In this document: one piece after another, positions 56,838 through 63,518 of the stretch
Layout: every line of letters starts with the position of its first letter
How positions within the stretch are numbered: the first letter of the stretch is position 1
Assembly: GCA_019057475.1 (NCBI GenBank)
Contig: DXJO01000013.1
Location: 1-63,518 of the forward strand
Source of the DNA: Candidatus Thorarchaeota archaeon
GTDB taxonomy: Archaea; Asgardarchaeota; Thorarchaeia; Thorarchaeales; Thorarchaeaceae
DNA: 63,518 nt
Direction: 5' to 3'
Notes under the pieces: model-generated
Database searches by the model: none
What the model was told of the DNA's origin: nothing
Seen by the model: only the letters and a program-made list of their open reading frames with translations
Made by a program: the position numbers and the translations under genes

Positions 56838-57833
56838 TTACACTGTCTTTCCGATCATCTTGAGACCATGCTTCCTGTAAAGTGCAACGGTCTGAATGAC
56901 CTTAACGTGTGCAACACCCAGAAGCTCTGCAATCGCGTCCGTCGTCTGTGTGCCGTCGCATGCATTAATGATGCGTCTATCTTCCGGCTTAACCTTGTTA
57001 GGAGATCCCTCGTACTTGGGGCACTTCACAAAGCGGCCAAGAGTTGCTTCCTTTTTCTTGACCTGGCCTGTTTCAATTGGGACTTCGACTATTCCCTTGG
57101 AAGCCGCCCACTTCAACAGATCCGCCACGCGCTCATTGGATTGAAACATTGAATCTGCAATCCGTTCCACGTTTTGTGTGCCGTCAACAAGCATCAGCAC
57201 ATCAAACCCGAAGTTGCGGTATTTCTTCTTCATCTCCTTGTGCATCTCTGATTCAAGGGTTAGGGCCGCTGAGTATGTTTCACCTCGCTTTGGAACTGTA
57301 GAAGGTTGCACTGCGAAATCCTCTGGTGACCGTTCAATGACTGGTGCAGGTGCTGCAGATACTGCAGGTGATGCCACCGCAGTCTTTGGCTCCTCAACAG
57401 GCAGTCCATTGGAAAAAGGCACCGGGGAAGTGGAGGCAGCATTGATTGCCATAGTTTCTAGTACTTGGAGATTCCCCTCCACAGAATCCTCGAACTCGTC
57501 AGGTGGAGGAGGCAGTTCAATACCTTCTAGCTGGCGCAACACGTTTTTCGTCTTTGCTATCGCCAAGCCTAGCTGCAATTCAGGAACATAGAGAACCGTT
57601 AGTATCCAGTTTACGTCCACTGGTGACAGGACCACTAAGCCCTTCTCAGTATCTATTGTCATAAGCCGCAGATCGGACTTGTAAAGACTGATACTATCCC
57701 TAACGCGGGGAAACAGCTCATCAGGAAACGAGAAGCTGACAAAGGGCCGTCCGTCCTTGGTCATCAATGAGTAACCCAATACTTGGTCATCAAATCTAAG
57801 CTTTGATAGAGCTCGTTCCAAATCGGTCGTCAT
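56838..57833 (-). CDS. Roadblock-like domain + Pro-rich linker + tandem winged-helix protein (copy 1)
   Basis: VLGYSLMTKDGRPF...LGLAIAK; PPPP; VLMLVDGTQNVERIA and IINACDGTQTTDAIA; ATG 57833. Confidence 0.75.
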   Translation of the reverse strand: MTTDLERALSKLRFDDQVLGYSLMTKDGRPFVSFSFPDELFPRVRDSISLYKSDLRLMTIDTEKGLVVLSPVDVNWILTVLYVPELQLGLAIAKTKNVLRQLEGIELPPPPDEFEDSVEGNLQVLETMAINAASTSPVPFSNGLPVEEPKTAVASPAVSAAPAPVIERSPEDFAVQPSTVPKRGETYSAALTLESEMHKEMKKKYRNFGFDVLMLVDGTQNVERIADSMFQSNERVADLLKWAASKGIVEVPIETGQVKKKEATLGRFVKCPKYEGSPNKVKPEDRRIINACDGTQTTDAIAELLGVAHVKVIQTVALYRKHGLKMIGKTV

Positions 57834-58159
57834 TCTGGCGCACCTTGTAATTCTAATCTGCACTCGGTCCCGCGTGTGCACACTCTTTTCTCAGAGTATT
57901 CTGAAAAGCATTGTGGTATTATACTTGATGAAAGGGGGTCTGAGTGGCCCAAACGAAACTAGCTAGGACTCTATTCTGGATTCAATGACAACCTAGCGGC
58001 ACGAAATCGTGCATGGGTGGTCAAAGATGTGCACTACTTACTCCGACCGGGCTGAACAAATGGCCAAACATACAAAGCGCTGGATCAACCCACTGTTACC
58101 TAGCCCAAAATGATTAAGACTCGAACGGACATTCTCAGGACTGCGAAAAAGGAGAAGGA

Positions 58160-58747
58160 TTGACAAGAATGCGGAATATTATCGGAGGTCTGGTCGGTGC
58201 ACTGGTTGGTTCAAGCATGATTGTCATCCTGCTGGCTTTGCTTCCAACCGAGTATCCGTCACCATTCGGCCTATTCTGGATAGCCTTCAGCGGTAGTGAT
58301 TCGCTTCTGGCTTCTGCAACCGGCTTGCTCAGTCCAACCACTTGGATATTGTACGTCATGACGTGGATTGCGATTGGGCTGGTAACTGCGCCGTTCGCTA
58401 AATCGGAATGGAATGCTGTGCGAACAGCCCTTTGGGTCGGTGTGTTCCTCTCTGTATTCGCTGTTTCATCCGCTCTGCTCTTGGATCCCACGCTGTGGAC
58501 ACTTGATAGAGAAGCGAGAAACATCTACTTCGTTCTGCAGTTTGCTAGTGGAATCGCATATTCGCTACTGTCCCTAGTCAGCTCGATACCATTAGCAATA
58601 CTGTTCCAGAAAGCGAGAAGAGAATCTGAGGCGCCCCCTCCAATCAAGATTGAAACTATATGTGAATGTGGAGCGGTCTTCAAATCTGCTCCGCTCATGT
58701 GCGCGGAGTGTGGACGGATTCTCAGAAACGAGTCTGAAGCAGTCTGA
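58160..58747 (+). CDS. Membrane protein with C-terminal Zn ribbon
   Basis: 4 TM, then CECG...CAECG. Confidence 0.75.
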   Translation: MTRMRNIIGGLVGALVGSSMIVILLALLPTEYPSPFGLFWIAFSGSDSLLASATGLLSPTTWILYVMTWIAIGLVTAPFAKSEWNAVRTALWVGVFLSVFAVSSALLLDPTLWTLDREARNIYFVLQFASGIAYSLLSLVSSIPLAILFQKARRESEAPPPIKIETICECGAVFKSAPLMCAECGRILRNESEAV

Positions 58748-58761
58748 TTAGAGTGCGGCGC

Positions 58762-59295
58762 CTACCGCTCCCTGCTGATTCCTCCACCGAGGAGACCCCC
58801 AAAAGCTGTTGCTATAGCTGGATACAACATGCCAGTGAGCACTCTCTGAAGGAGTAGCATGGATTCGGCACCAGCAATCTGTGTGAAGTCTGGTACTTGG
58901 ACAAAGAAGACCAACAGCCAAATCAAGAAAGCCCCTATGATAGCTGAGAACAATGCCGAAAGAACTCCAGGCAATATGTCCTTAGACAGAAGACCAGCAA
59001 TGAGACCACCCAGTCCCCAGGTTAGAAACATCAAGACCGGCACTTCCTGCGCACCATACGTCAGACCTACTCCCAATTCAGAGGGATAGAGCACAGTTCC
59101 CATAACAACCAACTTGAGCTCCAAATCAGTAAATGTCAGAAAGTCATTAATGATTCGCGGGTCGACTACATCCGGGGGAATGAACAGACCGAATGTCAGT
59201 ATCACGAATGTAACCGTGAAAGTAACTACTAGGCCCACGAGTGTGCCAAGACCTTGTCCCAAATGATTTCCTCCATGCGTGCTTGCTGCTATCAA
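58762..59295 (-). CDS. Gly-rich multi-pass membrane protein
   Basis: 4 hydrophobic segments; GGLIAG, GGLLGGG. Confidence 0.75.
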   Translation of the reverse strand: MIAASTHGGNHLGQGLGTLVGLVVTFTVTFVILTFGLFIPPDVVDPRIINDFLTFTDLELKLVVMGTVLYPSELGVGLTYGAQEVPVLMFLTWGLGGLIAGLLSKDILPGVLSALFSAIIGAFLIWLLVFFVQVPDFTQIAGAESMLLLQRVLTGMLYPAIATAFGGLLGGGISRER

Positions 59296-59317
59296 TAGGA
59301 AGTAATCCAGAGCATTT

Positions 59318-60004
59318 ATGCCTATTCTATGCGGGCATAGACTGTGTGATTCAACCTTGAACAGAATCGTGGACCTTACATTACCTCTCTATGCTGATGT
59401 GCCAGTCAGACCGGGCGATCCCGGGGTCGTCATGGATGAGCTCGCAGATATCGCCACTGAGGGGTACCGTTTGACTCATCTCTCAATGGGCACTCACACT
59501 GGTACTCACATAGACGCTCCTTCGCACATTATCGAATCGGGAAACACTCTGAACAACATCAGTTTCGATGTATTAGTAGGGCCATGTTGCCTTGTGAATG
59601 TGGCAGGCGAACCGGAGTCTTCTATTACGTTGGACGACCTCATTATTCACAAGGATGTTATCAGAAGTACCGGTCGTGTTGTTCTCAAATCGGGTTGGGC
59701 GAAACGGTGGGGCACGCCGGAGTACTACAGCAATTCACCGTCCATCACCATAGAGGCTGCGCGATGGCTTACGGGAAAAGATGTACATGTGAAGCTAGTT
59801 GGCTTCGACATGCCTACGCCATCAGTGAAGCAAGAAATAGACATCCATAAGGTGTTTCTCGAAGGGGGCATTCCTATAGTAGAATGTCTGAATCTTGAGA
59901 ACCTGACTCAATCTCACTTCGAGATAGTGGTGGCCCCACTCCCGCTGCGTAACCGAGAGGGAGCCCCGTGTAGAGTGTTTGGTTTACTCAATCGGTCTTC
60001 CTGA
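59318..60004 (+). CDS. Cyclase family metal-dependent hydrolase (kynurenine formamidase-like)
   Basis: DLT.P, HTGTHIDAPSH, GFDMPTP, H..FL, IVECL, GAPCR. Confidence 0.92.
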   Translation: MPILCGHRLCDSTLNRIVDLTLPLYADVPVRPGDPGVVMDELADIATEGYRLTHLSMGTHTGTHIDAPSHIIESGNTLNNISFDVLVGPCCLVNVAGEPESSITLDDLIIHKDVIRSTGRVVLKSGWAKRWGTPEYYSNSPSITIEAARWLTGKDVHVKLVGFDMPTPSVKQEIDIHKVFLEGGIPIVECLNLENLTQSHFEIVVAPLPLRNREGAPCRVFGLLNRSS

Positions 60005-60494
60005 TGGTCCAAGTGCAGTCTGCATCACCCAATGCCTTGCAGGACTCTTGATACGTTTCGCCCTTGAATCCTCGGAGATCCAATACCGCTTGAAATACAC
60101 CACTAATCAGATTGCAGTATTGAAGTCCAGGCATGTCCGTAATTTCAACGCCCTCACATATCGGACAGTCTGCATCAGTGAACTTCAAAGTCCGCTTGTC
60201 TTCACTCACCGAAACCGACGAGAATGGTTGTCCAGAATTCACCCTATACGCTAGCTGCAGCGTCTTGCCAAATTCGTGAAACTCGCTTGCGTGTTGGCGG
60301 ATCTTATCTGCATAGTCAAGCAAGAGATGCTCGCCCACGCGGAAGCCGATCTCCTTCAATCGCTGATTGATGATCTCCACGTTCTCACTCGAACTCATCA
60401 AGTTGTTCATTAGTTCTCTGTAGATTGCTTAGAAAAGGGGCTTTGATACTTTGTCGATTTTGAAAGTCCAAGCAAGTTTTCCTTTAATACCCAT
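59988..60494 (-). CDS. Bet3/TRAPPC3-like (V4R fold) protein with an in-frame TAA at codon 22 (pseudogene, base error or restart at 60410)
   Basis: GGAGTG + ATG 60494: MGIKGKLAWTFKIDKVSKPLF*AIYRELMNNL...INQRLKEIGFRVG; paralog of 56333..56809. Confidence 0.75.
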
Positions 60495-60518
60495 TTTTAT
60501 TCACTCCAAATAATGATG

Positions 60519-61448
60519 CTATTCTCTGGTTTTTCTAATCATTTTGAGGCTCTTGCCGCGATAAGGTACAATGCACTGTAGAGCATTGAAGTACAGTATG
60601 CCAAGTTTTTCTGCAATCTCATGGACTGTTAGTGTGCCGTCACAAAGCTCAAGAACATCTCTATGGTTCTTTTTCGCCTTCTTGATTTTACCCTCGAAAA
60701 GGGGCAGTTCTACAATCTCTTTGGCACTGGTTTCCTGCGCCTCCGGACACTCTACATCAACGACACCTTTTTGCAGACACCACTGAACAACCTCAAGCAC
60801 TTGCTCAATTCGCTTTGACAGGTCATCTGCAATCTTGACAACCGTGCGCTTCTCGTCCACCATTAGAAGGACGTCCACGCCTACATTGGCGAACTGCTTC
60901 TTGAACTCAATGTTCAGAGCTGAGTCAATCTTGAGTGCATCGGCATACGCAACTCCGCGTAGTATAACACAACCATGTCTGGCCTTGGTGTCAGAAGGAA
61001 TCAACTCCTCAGCTTTCGCCATCACAACTGATTGCGGGGTTTCCTCAACAGCAGGACTGATGGCAGCTGAAGTCCCTGAGCCGATTTCCGATGTAACTGG
61101 AATTGGATGCTCAACAGGCGCCGGTGGAGGCGGAAGCGTGACGTCTTCAAGAAGTCGCGCCACCTCCTTGACCTTTTGAAGTGCGCTACCAAGTGACTCT
61201 GTGGGTTCGAAAAGAACGCCAAGGATCCATTGCGGGTCCACTCGAGCCAGAATCACCGTGCCTGCATCGGTCATGATATTCATGAGTCGAAGAGATGATT
61301 CATGGATTCGGAGAGTGCCCTGAATCGGAGGAAGAGCCTCGTCAGGTAAGGAGAAGGACAGAAATGGTTGGCCATCATTTGTAATCAGAGCATAACCATT
61401 GACCGACTCGTCATACCTAAGCTTACCAAGTACACGCTCGAGTTCCAA
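60519..61448 (-). CDS. Roadblock-like domain + Pro-rich linker + tandem winged-helix protein (copy 2)
   Basis: Aligns end to end with 56838..57833 (LER.L.KLR.D, DG.PF.SFS.PDE, LPPPP, CDGT.T...IAE.LG, LKMI.KT). Confidence 0.78.
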   Translation of the reverse strand: MELERVLGKLRYDESVNGYALITNDGQPFLSFSLPDEALPPIQGTLRIHESSLRLMNIMTDAGTVILARVDPQWILGVLFEPTESLGSALQKVKEVARLLEDVTLPPPPAPVEHPIPVTSEIGSGTSAAISPAVEETPQSVVMAKAEELIPSDTKARHGCVILRGVAYADALKIDSALNIEFKKQFANVGVDVLLMVDEKRTVVKIADDLSKRIEQVLEVVQWCLQKGVVDVECPEAQETSAKEIVELPLFEGKIKKAKKNHRDVLELCDGTLTVHEIAEKLGILYFNALQCIVPYRGKSLKMIRKTRE

Positions 61449-61499
61449 TGCGGCATCACACCTAGCTAACCGCGATTAATACCTGATTTCTGCTGCGCG

Positions 61500-62606
61500 T
61501 TACTCCATAAGTAAGTTTGTAGCACTTTCACGAACGGCAGGAGTAGAACTCAGAAACTCGATTACCTCTTCGCGAGAGGGGTGCGTGACTGAAGCGGAAG
61601 ATACATAGAGAGCAGCAACGGCGTCTGCGAGGTGAAGGCGATCCTTCGTCTGGAGACCGGTGAGTGTGCCATAGATATTCCCGGCATTCCAAGCATCTCC
61701 CGCACCACACATTAGTTTACATTCAACCTTGAATGTCGACACCACTGTGGTTTCAGCATCTTCAATCGACGCAGAGAATTCAGGCGTATGGAGATCTACT
61801 CGAACTCCGGTTTCCTTTGAAACCAGTTTCGCCGCGTTGAGCCACTCGGTGGAATCCTGCATCGCTCCGCGCCAGTAATCATCTTCTCCCGAGACCACCC
61901 CAGCAAGCCAGCAAGCCTCGTTTTCGTTCATTCCCAGAATGTCGACAAGACCCTCCGAGAGCACTTGACTGACGAGAGGCTGCAATATGCTCATGTTATC
62001 AGAAGGATCACCTATGTCAAGATACGTTGTTGCACTGGTTTCATCACGGACCATCCTGAACAAGTCCTCGGCAAGGCTAGCACCGTGTCGATTATGATTG
62101 AGACATAGGAGCGCTACAAGGCCGCTGTTGCGTATGGCATCCAGGTCATTCTCGCTGAGCATGGAGAATTCAAATCCTGCCGCCGAACCACTATCGCTGA
62201 CCATCAGGTTGACCTTGCGACCCCGATACTCCGTTTCTATTGAAACTGTGGCTGAGAGACGGCCTTCGGTATGAACATGACTAAGATCCAGCTCTGGACT
62301 AACCAGACCTCTGAGCATGGAAGCGCCGTGTTCATCAGTTGTTACAATAAGACACGGGTCTGCTCCTAGTGATAGAAGGGCAGACGCAGTATTGACAGAG
62401 TTCCCGCCGCGGCGAATCAACTGAGTGGTATTCATCAAGCTGCCACCGCCTTGATCAGCCAATCCCCTTAATCCAGTCAAGAAGCCTTCGAACTCATCAA
62501 CCAGTACGAAATGATCAAGGAAGAAATCCGGCATGACCACAACACGTGGCATCTCTGGAGGGTTCTGTAATTTCTCAACGAGCTGATCGTAGTCCAGCTC
62601 AATCAC
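61500..62606 (-). CDS. PfkB family carbohydrate kinase
   Basis: GGNSVNTA, NENEA, GAGDAWNAG. Confidence 0.9.
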   Translation of the reverse strand: MIELDYDQLVEKLQNPPEMPRVVVMPDFFLDHFVLVDEFEGFLTGLRGLADQGGGSLMNTTQLIRRGGNSVNTASALLSLGADPCLIVTTDEHGASMLRGLVSPELDLSHVHTEGRLSATVSIETEYRGRKVNLMVSDSGSAAGFEFSMLSENDLDAIRNSGLVALLCLNHNRHGASLAEDLFRMVRDETSATTYLDIGDPSDNMSILQPLVSQVLSEGLVDILGMNENEACWLAGVVSGEDDYWRGAMQDSTEWLNAAKLVSKETGVRVDLHTPEFSASIEDAETTVVSTFKVECKLMCGAGDAWNAGNIYGTLTGLQTKDRLHLADAVAALYVSSASVTHPSREEVIEFLSSTPAVRESATNLLME

Positions 62607-62635
62607 CTAGTGAGATGGTAGGTGAAAAGCTTCCA

Positions 62636-63079
62636 TTAAATCTTCTTCAGTGCAGCCTTGACCATCGCTGTGACTCTGTCCTCGTCAATCCCCGTCTTCT
62701 TGGCCACTTTTGTAATTTCACAGTATGCGAGGTCGGACATATTCATTATGCCGATTTCTGCGAGCTGTTTTGCTTCGACCTTCTTAACCGCCCTGAGTGA
62801 AAAGAGCTCATCGATTGCTTTGTCCAATCCCTTCACAGGCTTAGGCTTTGAAACCGTGGCTGCAATCTTTTTCACATCTTTAGCGTACTGCTTGAGAGCA
62901 TCGATGTTCTCCTGATGAGTTGTCTTCCTGCGAAGGTCCACAATTAGACCCATCCTTCGCGCCTCAGCAATTGTCAGTCCTGCTTGTTTTGCCTCATCTA
63001 TACTGAATCCACGACCTATCTTTGGACGTGCATCTCTTGGTGATTTCACAACAGGCTCAGCAAAGGTATCAAAGCTCAT
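62636..63079 (-). CDS. rpl13e: 50S ribosomal protein L13e with C-terminal helix-hairpin-helix domain
   Basis: GRGFSIDE..AGL...AR.MG..VDLRRKT.H.EN; extra ~60 aa (AKQLAEIGI...DLA...VAKKTGI). Confidence 0.9.
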   Translation of the reverse strand: MSFDTFAEPVVKSPRDARPKIGRGFSIDEAKQAGLTIAEARRMGLIVDLRRKTTHQENIDALKQYAKDVKKIAATVSKPKPVKGLDKAIDELFSLRAVKKVEAKQLAEIGIMNMSDLAYCEITKVAKKTGIDEDRVTAMVKAALKKI

Positions 63080-63198
63080 GGACTATTTCACCTGACTTGG
63101 CGCCCGAGCAGAGTGTTCTCTTATTAGGCTTTCGAGGTGGCTGTTGTTTGCCGTCTATACAGGGCTAAGGAGCAAATCACTCATAAGGGGAGTTAACA

Positions 63199-63518
63199 AT
63201 GGTTCATGAGACATACAGGAGGCTGTTGACCCTCCGGTACATGAACTCATCTCCTCAGTCGTTACATGAAGCACTTTCTGTAGCAAGGAGATTTCCTTCA
63301 CCTGAAAAATTGAATACTGATTTCATCGTTGAGTTCCTTAACTCCTACAATAACGTCAATACACGTTCCTACTATTACTACATCATCAAGGTCATTTGCA
63401 AAGAGATAGGTTGTCCTGAGTTGATTGAACCTATTCCAAGACCCAAAGAAGTTTCAGCTATTAGACGACGTGACCTCTTGACTCCTAATGAAATTGCTGC
63501 ATTGTTGAGAGCCTGCAA
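63199..63518 (+). CDS. Probable tyrosine recombinase/integrase, N-terminal part, runs off the window
   Basis: Not in ORF track. GGGGAG + ATG 63199, open to the end; helical core-binding-like region, then IPRPK...DLLTPNEIAALLRAC, the usual entry to the catalytic domain; visibly AT-richer. Confidence 0.6.
   Translation, partial: MVHETYRRLLTLRYMNSSPQSLHEALSVARRFPSPEKLNTDFIVEFLNSYNNVNTRSYYYYIIKVICKEIGCPELIEPIPRPKEVSAIRRRDLLTPNEIAALLRAC

Noticed and set aside
496-62915. The many short overlapping antisense or alternate-frame ORFs in the track (e.g. 7597..8223, 12956..13531, 24446..25030, 29267..29788, 31156..31467)
   Set aside because: They are shadow ORFs of well-supported genes or lack protein-like composition and motifs
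63217-63234. GGAGG-CTGTTGAC-CCTCC resembling a tRNA anticodon arm or att site inside the integrase 5' end
   Set aside because: No D or T arm around it, and the similarity to tRNA-Gln is only 8 nt (ACAGGAGG), which is expected by chance
1-63518. CRISPR array, rRNA, transposase, retroelement or recognisable anti-phage defence operon
   Set aside because: No regularly spaced repeats, rRNA signatures or such protein motifs were seen

Overview
This is archaeal chromosomal DNA with a strong Asgard signature, most consistent with Thorarchaeia (inference from gene content). Housekeeping genes include ileS, class I lysyl-tRNA synthetase, rtcB, cca, trmY, tmk, rps26e, rpl13e, tRNA-Gln(CTG), the archaeal CoA cluster (panE, PPS, PoK, coaBC), inositol-lipid genes and the 5' end of a probable tetraether synthase. 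Eukaryotic-signature and signalling genes are dense: four small GTPases, a roadblock protein, a longin/DENN-like winged-helix protein, a SNAP/PCI protein, an EF-2 paralog and a duplicated cassette of a roadblock + tandem winged-helix protein followed by a Bet3/TRAPPC3-like protein. Several things are missed by the ORF track: selD is a selenoprotein with an in-frame UGA at codon 18; one Bet3-like gene is interrupted by a single TAA; two genes appear to need non-canonical (ATA) starts; a probable integrase starts at the right edge; a perfect 22-bp operator-like palindrome sits at the start of a probable cobalamin-uptake operon; and there are several structured intergenic RNA candidates, notably about 450 nt at 31.0-31.5 kb and about 98 nt at 9.66-9.76 kb, each with a TATA box. 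All protein calls are motif recognition by eye and all RNA folds were done by hand; no database search or folding program was run.
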